From: a virus
IMG/VR virus record: IMGVR_UViG_3300027659_000015
Location: 32,001 to 96,000 of that record
DNA: 64,000 nucleotides
Direction: 5' to 3' (one strand)
Positions 1-10,524 of the stretch are shown one piece after another. The stretch's first letter is position 1, and each line of letters opens with the position of its first letter. The translations under genes were made by a program, and so were the position numbers. The notes beneath the pieces are model-generated. The model was not told the DNA's origin. It ran no database searches and saw nothing but the letters and a program-made list of their open reading frames with translations.

Positions 1-2631
1 GAGGAAGAAGGTAAAGTAACAAATAGAACAAAGAATCTTTTAAGTTATAAAGATGTCGATACAACGACTAATGAGTTCTTGAGTTATTTCACGAATGATT
101 TTTTACCTTATTTTCCACAAGATGCCTTAGTTGATAAAAAAGAGGCAATAAAAATTGCCAGACAGTTATATCAAACAAAAGGCACACCAGCGTCTTTTCA
201 ATTCCTCTTTAAAATATTATTTGATTCCGACTTTGATTTGTTTTACACCAAAGAGGCTGTACTAAAAGCATCGGCCGGTACATGGTACGTAGCCAAAAGT
301 TTGAAGTTAGCTACATATGACACCAATTTTCAAAATATAGATAATTATAGATTATTTGGTGAAACAACAAAATCTATTGCTACAGTCGAAAAAGCGTTTA
401 CACTTGGCACAAAGACAGAAGTTTTTATTTCAAATATTGAACGTCTATTTCAATCAGGTGAATTTGTTAGGGTGGTTGACAATTCAAATCAAACTGTATT
501 GTTTAATGGTCAACCACTCAGAGCAAAAATTATAGGTCAAATCAGCCAAATCAAAATTGATCCTAAAAACAGAGGACTTTTATATGTTACAGGTGATCCT
601 GTCATTATATATGGTGGTTTGAATTCTGAAAATGGTTTAGGTGCTTCAGCTATAATTTCTGAAACGACCACTGGTTCTATCAGAAGTATTGGTGTGGTAA
701 CAAGTGGTTTTGGTTACTCGGCTGAGCCGAATACACGTATTAATATAACAAATGCTCCTGGTGCATATGCAATTGTTGGTTCTTTAAATCCAGATCCAAG
801 ATATACAATGAATGTTGCTTTTCTTGGTTCAGACACAATTGCATTAAAGAAAGATATTATTCTTGGTAATAGTAATTATTTTTTCGCCAATGTTGCAACA
901 TCAAATGCAAACACAACTTTAGCCAATGCTTTTTCGTTTGTATCGTTCACAACATATCCAATATCGTCAATTGTTGTAACTAACGGAGGCGGCGGTATTA
1001 GAGATATACCAGAAATCACCGCACAATCTGGTTACCAAACTGACTTATTCACAGATGCTAGTATACCTGGCCTTGGGATATTAAGTCCAATACAAATAAC
1101 AGATGGTGGACATGGTTATCGAGTAAATGATAAAATTGTATTTTCTGGTGGAACTGGCCGTGGCGCATACGCTAATGTAACATCTGTTGCAGCAAATGGT
1201 TATATCACCGGTATTACATATGTATTGAATACTATACCAGACTTCCCGTTAGGTGGTATGGGTTACACATCAACAACTTTACCGGTTCTAAGTGTAGCCT
1301 CAGCCAACAATCAAGCAGCAAATGCAAGTCTTTATATTCCTGGAATATTAGGTACAGGCGCAACTTTCTTACCTACTGTTGACCGTGCAGGTTCGATAAC
1401 ATCAATTGGTATAACGGATGGCGGTGAAGATTATATTAGTGCACCAGTCATTTCATTAAAAGTACAAGATATCACTGTTTCGAATGTATCAACTTCAAAT
1501 CTACCAGTAAAAGGTAATGTGATTTATCAAGGCGCAAATACAAATACTGCAACTTACTTGGCCATGGTCGACTCAATAGAACAGTTGGCATCAAACCAAG
1601 ATCCACTATTATCTGTTTGGAATCTGAGAGTATTCAACTATAATTCAAATCCTGATAAAACCAAAAAATTGAATATTGATAGACAAGCTGGCGCAAATGT
1701 ATTCTTAAATATGACAGGTACAAGATATGATAATTCATATACAATAGATGGTTACAAAAATTATGGTGACGGCACCGCAAAGGCTACATCCTCTTTCTTA
1801 AATGGACTTGTTATCAGTCAAGGACAATATCTAACAACACAAGGTCAACCTAGTGGTTTTGATTTGTTACAGGATGATGTTTATAACAATTACACATATA
1901 AGATTACGGTCGAAAAAGAAATTGAAAAATATAGAGATGTATTATTAAACTTATTACATCCAAGTGGTATTAATGTGATTGGTAGATATGCATTGAAATC
2001 AAATACAGCATTCAATACCCTAGCGCAAGAAGGTGTATCAGGCGCTCATACATTGAGATATTATACAAATAACACCGGAACAACCGTTTCAATGACAACA
2101 GATTTTACAAATAAGAGTAATAATATTGTTAAAATTAATAATCTTTCTGGTGCAAATCTTTACAATTTCATTACCGTTGGAAATTCACAAATCTCAATAG
2201 TTCCGTTACATGGTGCAAATATACACGCAATTGTTGCTTCAGTAAATACAACATCAAATACCATTACACTTTCTTCTAATGTATGGTTAACTTTTGCTAA
2301 TGTCGCAAGAATAACAGGAAATTCTGGTTCGAACACGATAAATATTACATCATTGACTGGTGAATATGATATTTTAAATAATGGAAATTATAGTAATACT
2401 GCATATCCATTGATGGATATTGTGTATTCTGGTGATAAGATTCTAGTTGCAAATAACACATCTATGACAGTAGATTATGTGGATTATTTTACTGGCCGAG
2501 GCAAAATTTATTTGACTTCCAACTTAGCTTCAACCGCAAATTCATATCTATCGGTAAACAGAACATTAACAGCCAACGGGGCTGATGTTAAAATTTACAC
2601 TCCAATTGGACAACAATACACAGAAATCTAA
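1..2631 (+). CDS. Baseplate wedge subunit (gp7-like initiator), 5'-truncated by the window
   Basis: Frame is open from base 1 (EEEGKVTNRTKNLLSYKDVD...), so the TTG at 79 is internal. Has LYQTKGTPASFQFLFKILF and C-terminal YNNYTYKI...LLHPSG motifs typical of gp7-like wedge proteins of aquatic T4-like phages; lies directly upstream of gp8. Confidence 0.7.
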   Translation, partial: EEEGKVTNRTKNLLSYKDVDTTTNEFLSYFTNDFLPYFPQDALVDKKEAIKIARQLYQTKGTPASFQFLFKILFDSDFDLFYTKEAVLKASAGTWYVAKSLKLATYDTNFQNIDNYRLFGETTKSIATVEKAFTLGTKTEVFISNIERLFQSGEFVRVVDNSNQTVLFNGQPLRAKIIGQISQIKIDPKNRGLLYVTGDPVIIYGGLNSENGLGASAIISETTTGSIRSIGVVTSGFGYSAEPNTRINITNAPGAYAIVGSLNPDPRYTMNVAFLGSDTIALKKDIILGNSNYFFANVATSNANTTLANAFSFVSFTTYPISSIVVTNGGGGIRDIPEITAQSGYQTDLFTDASIPGLGILSPIQITDGGHGYRVNDKIVFSGGTGRGAYANVTSVAANGYITGITYVLNTIPDFPLGGMGYTSTTLPVLSVASANNQAANASLYIPGILGTGATFLPTVDRAGSITSIGITDGGEDYISAPVISLKVQDITVSNVSTSNLPVKGNVIYQGANTNTATYLAMVDSIEQLASNQDPLLSVWNLRVFNYNSNPDKTKKLNIDRQAGANVFLNMTGTRYDNSYTIDGYKNYGDGTAKATSSFLNGLVISQGQYLTTQGQPSGFDLLQDDVYNNYTYKITVEKEIEKYRDVLLNLLHPSGINVIGRYALKSNTAFNTLAQEGVSGAHTLRYYTNNTGTTVSMTTDFTNKSNNIVKINNLSGANLYNFITVGNSQISIVPLHGANIHAIVASVNTTSNTITLSSNVWLTFANVARITGNSGSNTINITSLTGEYDILNNGNYSNTAYPLMDIVYSGDKILVANNTSMTVDYVDYFTGRGKIYLTSNLASTANSYLSVNRTLTANGADVKIYTPIGQQYTEI

Positions 2632-2643
2632 GATAAATAAATC

Positions 2644-4038
2644 ATGTCAAACAAAATTATTCTCACAACTGGCGCCAGAGTATCACAGGTTGAATTGAGT
2701 TACAATTCACCACAAGTTGTATTTACTGGTACTGAAATTGCTTTGGCTTCAACATATTGTTTCTTGTCTAAAGTAACTCCATGGGCAAATAACGAACCAG
2801 AATTACCTAGAGGTGACATTAAATACCAAAAACAAGTATTGAAAAATATGTTTGTGGCAAAATTGGTCACAGCAAGTGACATTTCACCTGTAATCAAACG
2901 GATTGACTGGACTTCAGGTGTCGTATATGAACATTATAGTGATGATGTAGACATGGTTGAAGTTGATACAAACGGAAATCTTTTACATAATTTCTATGTA
3001 AAAAACAAATATGACCAAGTGTTTAAATGTTTGTGGAATAATAACAACGGACCATCAACAGTACAACCTTACTTTGAACCAGGTACATATAACGCTTTCA
3101 AAATATTCACTGGTGCTGACGGATATAAATGGAAATTTATGTTTACGATTGATGCCGGTTACAAAGTTAAATTTATGGATAAAGTTTGGATGCCTATTCC
3201 ATTGGGAGCAAACACACCGAGTCCATTAATAACAACGGCTGGTGCTGGTAGTATTGAAGCTATAAACATACTTACTGGTGGTTCGGGATATGATGATGTA
3301 AACTATCCTATTAGTGTTAATATAATTGGTGACGGATATGGTGCTGCTGGTACCGCAAAGGTTGTAGGTGGATCCATCACGGATGTTATCATTACAAACC
3401 AAGGTTCGGATTATACAACTGCTAATGTTGTGATTACATCTGCTGTTGGTTCTAATGCAACGGCATTTGCATCTACATCTCCTGTCGGTGGCCACGGTTT
3501 TGATCCAATATCAGAATTAGGTTGTTCACATGTCATGTTTACAGCTGAATTTTCTGGTGGAGAAAATGGTGACATACCAACAGATATTACTTTTTATCAA
3601 TTAGGATTAGTAACAAATCCATCATCACGGACTTCACAATTATATGCCAAGTCGATAGGCCTAAACTCTACATTGCCAACTGATGGTTTGATTTATAGAA
3701 CAAGTACAGATTTTATTGTTGCACCTGGATTTGGTTCATATACATCAGGTGATACTGTATTCCAAGGTCCAGATAATAATATAAACAATGCAACGTTCCG
3801 TGCGACTATCTTGAGTTTTGATGTTGCAACCAATGTACTGAGGCTAATAAATACATCAGGAGTTCCACTTCCTAATGGTCCAGTAAGAAACGCAGATAGA
3901 ACCAATAGAACTTTGTTGACATATACTACACCAGATTATTCTATATTCTCTGGTTATTTGTCTTTTATTGAAAATAGGTCTGGTATACAAAGAAGTTCTG
4001 ATGGTGTAGAACAAGTTAGAATGGTAATAGGTTACTAA
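2644..4038 (+). CDS. gp8: Baseplate wedge subunit gp8
   Basis: RIDWTSG.VY, FYVKN..DQVFKCLWN, DGYKWKFMF, GGHGFDPISELG and C-terminal ENRSGIQRSSDGVEQV motifs of the T4 gp8 family. Confidence 0.88.
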   Translation: MSNKIILTTGARVSQVELSYNSPQVVFTGTEIALASTYCFLSKVTPWANNEPELPRGDIKYQKQVLKNMFVAKLVTASDISPVIKRIDWTSGVVYEHYSDDVDMVEVDTNGNLLHNFYVKNKYDQVFKCLWNNNNGPSTVQPYFEPGTYNAFKIFTGADGYKWKFMFTIDAGYKVKFMDKVWMPIPLGANTPSPLITTAGAGSIEAINILTGGSGYDDVNYPISVNIIGDGYGAAGTAKVVGGSITDVIITNQGSDYTTANVVITSAVGSNATAFASTSPVGGHGFDPISELGCSHVMFTAEFSGGENGDIPTDITFYQLGLVTNPSSRTSQLYAKSIGLNSTLPTDGLIYRTSTDFIVAPGFGSYTSGDTVFQGPDNNINNATFRATILSFDVATNVLRLINTSGVPLPNGPVRNADRTNRTLLTYTTPDYSIFSGYLSFIENRSGIQRSSDGVEQVRMVIGY

Positions 4039-4047
4039 AGGAAAAAA

Positions 4048-7000
4048 ATGGCGAAGAATTTTAACGTTGATCCGTGGTATGATGATTTTGACCAAACAAA
4101 AAACTTTCATCGTATTTTGTTCAAACCTGGCCGTGCGGTTCAAGCCAGAGAATTAACACAAGCACAAACAATCTTACAGGATCAAATAACTAAATTTGCG
4201 GATAACATCTTCAAACAAAACTCTCCTGTAACTGGTGGTGAAGTTACCACAAATTTTGGTTGTTATTATGTAAAATTACAACCAACATACAACAATGCTG
4301 CTATTGATATTACACAATTTGATGGTATTTTAGTTAGAAACACAACGGGTAATGTTGTTGCAAGGGTTATATCATATGTGGCTGCGACAGGAACAGATCC
4401 AGACACATTAATTCTTGCGTATACATCAGGTCAACAATTTCAAAATGGAGATGTTATATACGAAGCTGTAAATGGACTTTTGGCTGCTCAAGCAATTACA
4501 TCAGCAGCTACTGGCGAATCATCTGTAGCTTCAATTTCTCAAGGTGTTTTCTATGTCTTGGGTAATTTTGTACAAATTAGTCCGTCTACGGTAGTTTTAG
4601 ATCCATATGACAGTACACCAACAAAACGAGTTGGTTTAACAATCACAGAAACAACTTATGATTATGTAGATGATAACTCATTATTGGATCCTGCTGCGGG
4701 CGCTACAAACTATCAAGCTCCAGGTGCTGACCGTTATGTGATTGCTCTGAAATTAGATATACGAAATATCGCTTTAGGTGACGATAACGATTTTATTGAA
4801 TTGGTACGTGTCGAAGACGGCGTTGTATCGAAAATGGTAAATGGCTCTGTATATAATGTTATTGATGATTATTTTGCAAAACGTGATTATGAAACAAATG
4901 GTGATTATATTGTTGATGATTATAAATTAACACCAAGAACAAATACCGATTTGGACAAATATACTTTGACAGTTGGTAAAGGTTTGTCGTATGTTCATGG
5001 TTACCGAATGGAAAATCCAACTAATGTGGATTTAGTATCAAACCGTGCTAGAACAACCAAATTTCAAAACAACAATCCGGTTTATATAGACTATGGAACA
5101 TACTTCTATGTTGATACCGTGCGTGGAGGTGCGGCTGGATCATTCTTTGATGTAACAACCGCTCAGGCCGTTGACTTTCATTGTGTAACTTCATCAAATG
5201 TTAGAACCACAAATACAGCTACATACAGTTCTACTGTTGTGGCAACTGGTTACATCAGAAACTTTGCTTATGATTATAACACAAGTGATGCTGATGCGAA
5301 CACATATGTTTATAAAGCTTTTGTAAATGATATACAAAATGCTGTGGCAACAGCCAACGTAGTTTCAGCAACAGCCAATACAATTAAACTTCCTGGAACA
5401 TTCTCACAATCAAACACTTCATACGTTGGTGTAAACGTTACAATAACAAACGGAACAAGTTCCGGTGATTTCCGTACAATCACAAGTTATGATGGTGCCA
5501 CAAGAATTGCAACGGTCAATCAAAATTGGACAGTTATACCAGATACAACATCCGTGTTTGCTTTTAATTTTGATATTAAAGATATTGATACAATCGTATA
5601 TGCAGATAAAACATCTTATCCAGCTTCCATCAAATCTTATGCAAATATCAATAATGCTTCTGGTAGAATTGGTGGTGTTTCAACTGGTGCAACAATTCTA
5701 AAAAATCCAGGTGCACCGGAATTAATTTATAACATCGGTGCACCATATGTTGCATCAATGGTAGACGCTTCTTATAACACACAACATTTAAATCGTGGCG
5801 TTGTATTCAATGCTTCTGGTGGTGTAGTTGCTCAAGTACAAATTACATATTCAGATTCATATTCTGGTGTTATCCAGCATTTTGGTAGTGCGGGTGGTTA
5901 TTTAAGTGCGGATGTAATCAAACAAAACTTTTTGATTGTTGTTACCAATGCTGTCTCACCTTGTACATTATCTGTTGGCCAAGTAGTACCACTTTCATAT
6001 TTGGGTGGAACAATATTAATTAGTAATGATTTATCAACCGCAACTTTAAGTATTCCTGTTTCGGCAGTTGGTGGTACCTTTACGGCAGTTGTTTTAGAAA
6101 AAGTTTTTGTATCAAACGCTGATAACACAAGTCATTTCTTAAAATATAAGAATTTAATCACCGCTGACACATCCGTAATTAAAACCAACGGTACAAATAT
6201 TAATGGTCAATACTTTGTTGATGATGCATCACTAACCTCCACTGGCCAAATTTATATTCAAAATCCAGGTTTAGTTTCACCAGGTTTAAAACAAACTTTA
6301 TATTTGTCCGATGTAAAAAATATTGTTAAGATTATTGACACCAAAGGTGCTGGTTATATTCCAACATTAGGAATGTTAACTAATCCATCATATGATGTTA
6401 CAAAGAATTACTCATTTGATAACGGCCAGAGAGATAGTTATTATGACCATGCTTCAATAACATTAATTCCTGGTGCTCCACAACCAAAAGGAAATTTACT
6501 TGTATTTGTAAATTATTACCAACATGCTGGTGGCGATGGTTACTTTGCATTGAGTTCTTATTTGAATTCACAAAAACCAGAATCATATAAGAATATACTT
6601 TCGTATGTTAGTAAAAACGGAACAACTTATCCTTTGCGTGATTCTTTAGATTTTAGACCATCTAGAATAAATGCAACTACAACTTTCCAGTTTAATTATA
6701 ATTCAGTTGTCAACAGATATGGTATCTTTATACCAACAGACTTGTCAACTTTCAGAACAGATTATTCTTATTATCTTGGTAGAAAAGATAAATTAATATT
6801 AACCAAAGATAGAACATTTGAGATTATTGAAGGTGCACCTTCGGTTAATCCTTTAATACCATCTGAACCAGATGGTTCATTGGTTATAGCTAATATAACA
6901 CACGTACCATATACTGGTTATATTCCAACAGAATCACCAAATGGTACACTCTCTGACCTGTCCATTGAGAAAGTTAAACATAAGCGTTATACCATGCAAG

Positions 7001-10000
7001 ACATTGCTGGTTTGGAAAGCAGAATTAACAATATTCAATACTATGCATCTTTAAATTTGTTGGAACAGAAAGCAAGTTCATTACAAATCTCCGATGCATA
7101 TGGTTTAAACAGATTCAAGAACGGTATACTTGTTGACGATTTCTCAAGTTTTGCTACGGCAGATACTTTGAATGGTGACTACTATGCGACTATCAATCGC
7201 CGTGACCGCTTAATGACTGCTTCACAAAATGTTAAAAACTTTCAATTGAAATCTTTAGCTACAGCATATAACATGAATCAAATGGATTCTTCCATTTCTT
7301 TGGGTTATAATATTAGTACAGATGGTAATGTTAATTACTATACATTGCCATACACAACATCAAATGTAATTACACAAAAATTTGCTTCACGGACAGTTAA
7401 TGTAAATCCATTCTCTTTTTCAGTAATTGATGGTACAATTTCGTTGTCACCAAATATTGATAATTGGGTTGATACAACTTATTCTCCATCATTGTTAATT
7501 ACTGATCCAAATTTACAGGTGTTCCAAGCAGGTTCAACAAACAACATATTACAATACGGAGATTGGAAAGCAATTACTGGTGTACCAAGTGTTGTGAATA
7601 CTCAATTGACGGATCGTGGAAGAAATTGGGAAACATATACACAAACAACTTCCGTTTACATGAACCAAACAAATGTGATGGGTTCATATGATAAGATTGG
7701 TAACACATATTCATTGAATAACGGATATATTCAAGATATTTCTGTTTTGCCATATATCAGACCACAACAGATTGTTTCACGTGCAAAAGGTATGTTGATT
7801 AATGCAGCAGTAAATTACTATTTTGATGGTACAAATGTAAATAATTATATTCGTAAAGGAAACATTATCGAATTGATAGGTGTTTCTGGTACTTTCAAAG
7901 AAGGTGATATTATTGGTTATTACACAAGTGGTACATTTACACCAACAGCTAGGATTTTAGGTTTATTTAATAAAACTGCAACGACAACAAGATTGTATGT
8001 TGCTGCTGATCCATATACACAAAATTACACAACAAATGGTGTGATACAAAACGGATTCTTTAATGCTTCTGGTGTGTACACATCAACGACAGCAACTGGT
8101 ACTGTTTCAAGTCAATCACATTTTGGTGGTAGAATTAATGGCAGTTCCAATTCAACAACTATCACATTAAGCAATTTAGCTTCAACTTCCGATAATTATT
8201 ATAACGGAAATACAATTTACATTTGTGATGGAACTGGTGTCGGTTCTTCTGCTACTATTACAGGTTATCAAGGTTCAACAAGAGTTGCTACTTTAGCAAC
8301 AGGCATCACATTATCGGTTGATGATATCTATTCTATTGGTGGATTCAGTACTGATGAAACTGGTTCAACTTATGGTGTATTCAACTTACCAGAAAACACT
8401 TTCCACAATGGTCAAAGAACACTACGAATTGATAATAGGGTCAATGGTAATTTAGGTACAGAAACAACTTTTGCTGAAGGTGTTTATTATGCCGAAGGTT
8501 TGCAAACTAAGGCGCAGCAGATAGACTTTGGTGCTTCTCCGGCTGGTGCAAAGAACACCTTCTATAAAACTGGTGATCCAAAATTAGTACAAACGAATGT
8601 TACATCTTGGACAAATAGATGGGATCCTGTTGCACAAACGTTTATTGTTGATAAGGATAACTTTCCTAATGGATTGTTCTTAGACTCAGCAACATTCTTC
8701 TTCTCTAATAAACCAACTGGCGACAATTCACCAATTACATTATCAATTGTTGGAACACAAAATGGATATCCAAATGGTGATACACTCGACCATTCTGTTG
8801 TAACTTTGACACCAATATCGGTAAAAACATCATCATCTCCACAATATTTGGATAGTACCGCTGCAACAAAATTCAAATTCTCTGCACCAGTTTATATTCA
8901 ACCAGGTGTATTATATGCATTCATGTTGAAATCTAATTCAAATCAATATGAGTTGTGGTCAACTTCTAATGGAGATAAAGCATTATCATCTTCAGTTAAA
9001 AACTTGCCAACCGATCCAGCACCGTCAATCATTACTAAGATTGGTTCGGCACCATACGTTGGTGGTCTATTCATTTCACAAAATGCACAGACATGGACAG
9101 CAGATCAAAATCAAAGTTTAATGTTTGTTGTAGACCGTTGTGTGTTTAATACAACTGCTACACCAACAATTCAACACATTGTACCAAACAAATTGCCACA
9201 AAGAACTTTGATTGACCAAAGTATTAGATACTATCAAAATGCTAATGGTGTTTCCGGTACAACAGAAACAATCAGTTCAACTGATGTATTGGTAGACGCA
9301 TTTAATGTTACAACCACAGACTTTACTCCGTCTTCCACTTCAATCACTTATTCATATAATGCCACTTTACTTAATGGTACGGCAGCTGGAACAACATACA
9401 TAAATCCAGGTAAATATGGCACACCAACAAATGATGACATTTATTTGACTGATGGTAAAGGTGAGCGAATTTTGGTTGCAAACTCCAATACATCATTCTC
9501 ATTGTATACAGTATTGAATACAACATCTGACCATGTTAGTCCTGTAATTTCTGATGCTGGTTTATCAGTATTTGCAATTCAATGGAATATTAATAATGCA
9601 GAATTGTCTAATTCTGTTATAACATTAGCCAACACCGGTACAGGTTATAACGCATACACAACTACTGTAACAATTTCACCACCGAAAGATCCTAATGGTT
9701 CACAAGCTTATGCATCAGCAAATGTTGTTTCAGGTAATATTCAATCTGTTTACATAACAACTGCTGGTTCTGGTTATATTACGACACCTACAATTACAAT
9801 TACGGATGCTAATAATATTCCTGGTACAGGCGCAACAGCAATCATTACAGGTGAAACATCTAAGAATGGTGGCAATGTACTCGCTAAATATGTCACCAAG
9901 AAAGTTGTTTTGGATCCAACATTTGACTCCGGTGACCTGAATGTTTATCTAACTGCATATCGTCCAGTAAATACAGATATTCATGTGTATTACAAGGTTC

Positions 10001-10302
10001 TAAACAGAAATGATACACAGAAGTTTGATGACAGTTCATGGCAATTAATGACCAAAATTAATAACTCTGGTTCATTATTTTCTCAAGCAAGAAGTGATAC
10101 TTATGAATATGTGTTTGCTCCAGGAAATGCTGGTGTCGACCAAGGTTATGTAACTTATACAAGTACAACAGGACAAATATACACCTCATTTAGTCAATTT
10201 GCTGTCAAAGTTGTTTTGACTAGTTCCGACCATACGTATTCACCATTTGTAAATGATTTACGTGTGATTGCTTTACCTGCGAACGTTAATACTTCAGTAT
10301 AA
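4048..10302 (+). CDS. Large virion structural protein, VrlC/DUF4815 type
   Basis: Starts NFNVDPWYDDFDQTKNFHRILFKPGRAVQARELTQAQTILQDQI; contains APGADRY, KRYTMQDI, RFKNGILVDDF and WDPVAQTF motifs; position after gp8 matches aquatic T4-like phages. Confidence 0.85.
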   Translation: MAKNFNVDPWYDDFDQTKNFHRILFKPGRAVQARELTQAQTILQDQITKFADNIFKQNSPVTGGEVTTNFGCYYVKLQPTYNNAAIDITQFDGILVRNTTGNVVARVISYVAATGTDPDTLILAYTSGQQFQNGDVIYEAVNGLLAAQAITSAATGESSVASISQGVFYVLGNFVQISPSTVVLDPYDSTPTKRVGLTITETTYDYVDDNSLLDPAAGATNYQAPGADRYVIALKLDIRNIALGDDNDFIELVRVEDGVVSKMVNGSVYNVIDDYFAKRDYETNGDYIVDDYKLTPRTNTDLDKYTLTVGKGLSYVHGYRMENPTNVDLVSNRARTTKFQNNNPVYIDYGTYFYVDTVRGGAAGSFFDVTTAQAVDFHCVTSSNVRTTNTATYSSTVVATGYIRNFAYDYNTSDADANTYVYKAFVNDIQNAVATANVVSATANTIKLPGTFSQSNTSYVGVNVTITNGTSSGDFRTITSYDGATRIATVNQNWTVIPDTTSVFAFNFDIKDIDTIVYADKTSYPASIKSYANINNASGRIGGVSTGATILKNPGAPELIYNIGAPYVASMVDASYNTQHLNRGVVFNASGGVVAQVQITYSDSYSGVIQHFGSAGGYLSADVIKQNFLIVVTNAVSPCTLSVGQVVPLSYLGGTILISNDLSTATLSIPVSAVGGTFTAVVLEKVFVSNADNTSHFLKYKNLITADTSVIKTNGTNINGQYFVDDASLTSTGQIYIQNPGLVSPGLKQTLYLSDVKNIVKIIDTKGAGYIPTLGMLTNPSYDVTKNYSFDNGQRDSYYDHASITLIPGAPQPKGNLLVFVNYYQHAGGDGYFALSSYLNSQKPESYKNILSYVSKNGTTYPLRDSLDFRPSRINATTTFQFNYNSVVNRYGIFIPTDLSTFRTDYSYYLGRKDKLILTKDRTFEIIEGAPSVNPLIPSEPDGSLVIANITHVPYTGYIPTESPNGTLSDLSIEKVKHKRYTMQDIAGLESRINNIQYYASLNLLEQKASSLQISDAYGLNRFKNGILVDDFSSFATADTLNGDYYATINRRDRLMTASQNVKNFQLKSLATAYNMNQMDSSISLGYNISTDGNVNYYTLPYTTSNVITQKFASRTVNVNPFSFSVIDGTISLSPNIDNWVDTTYSPSLLITDPNLQVFQAGSTNNILQYGDWKAITGVPSVVNTQLTDRGRNWETYTQTTSVYMNQTNVMGSYDKIGNTYSLNNGYIQDISVLPYIRPQQIVSRAKGMLINAAVNYYFDGTNVNNYIRKGNIIELIGVSGTFKEGDIIGYYTSGTFTPTARILGLFNKTATTTRLYVAADPYTQNYTTNGVIQNGFFNASGVYTSTTATGTVSSQSHFGGRINGSSNSTTITLSNLASTSDNYYNGNTIYICDGTGVGSSATITGYQGSTRVATLATGITLSVDDIYSIGGFSTDETGSTYGVFNLPENTFHNGQRTLRIDNRVNGNLGTETTFAEGVYYAEGLQTKAQQIDFGASPAGAKNTFYKTGDPKLVQTNVTSWTNRWDPVAQTFIVDKDNFPNGLFLDSATFFFSNKPTGDNSPITLSIVGTQNGYPNGDTLDHSVVTLTPISVKTSSSPQYLDSTAATKFKFSAPVYIQPGVLYAFMLKSNSNQYELWSTSNGDKALSSSVKNLPTDPAPSIITKIGSAPYVGGLFISQNAQTWTADQNQSLMFVVDRCVFNTTATPTIQHIVPNKLPQRTLIDQSIRYYQNANGVSGTTETISSTDVLVDAFNVTTTDFTPSSTSITYSYNATLLNGTAAGTTYINPGKYGTPTNDDIYLTDGKGERILVANSNTSFSLYTVLNTTSDHVSPVISDAGLSVFAIQWNINNAELSNSVITLANTGTGYNAYTTTVTISPPKDPNGSQAYASANVVSGNIQSVYITTAGSGYITTPTITITDANNIPGTGATAIITGETSKNGGNVLAKYVTKKVVLDPTFDSGDLNVYLTAYRPVNTDIHVYYKVLNRNDTQKFDDSSWQLMTKINNSGSLFSQARSDTYEYVFAPGNAGVDQGYVTYTSTTGQIYTSFSQFAVKVVLTSSDHTYSPFVNDLRVIALPANVNTSV

Positions 10303-10304
10303 TT

Positions 10305-10523
10305 ATGTTAATACCAATTACAGGAACAAGTTTAGTTCGTGATACGGAAAGTATGGCTTTGATTAATCGAGACATTTCTGGTTTACAAGATTATAAAACC
10401 AAACGAAAATTTGCTGAGTCTCAAAAAGAGCAAATAAATAAGGTTGAATCAGAAATTAATAATATTAAAAACGACATATCAGATATTAAAAAACTGATGG
10501 TAAAACTATTAGAAAAAGGTTAA
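10305..10523 (+). CDS. Small hypothetical protein with C-terminal coiled coil
   Basis: 72 aa, LVRDTESMALIN motif, tightly packed between neighbours (2-nt and 1-nt gaps). Confidence 0.75.
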   Translation: MLIPITGTSLVRDTESMALINRDISGLQDYKTKRKFAESQKEQINKVESEINNIKNDISDIKKLMVKLLEKG

Positions 10524-10524
10524 A

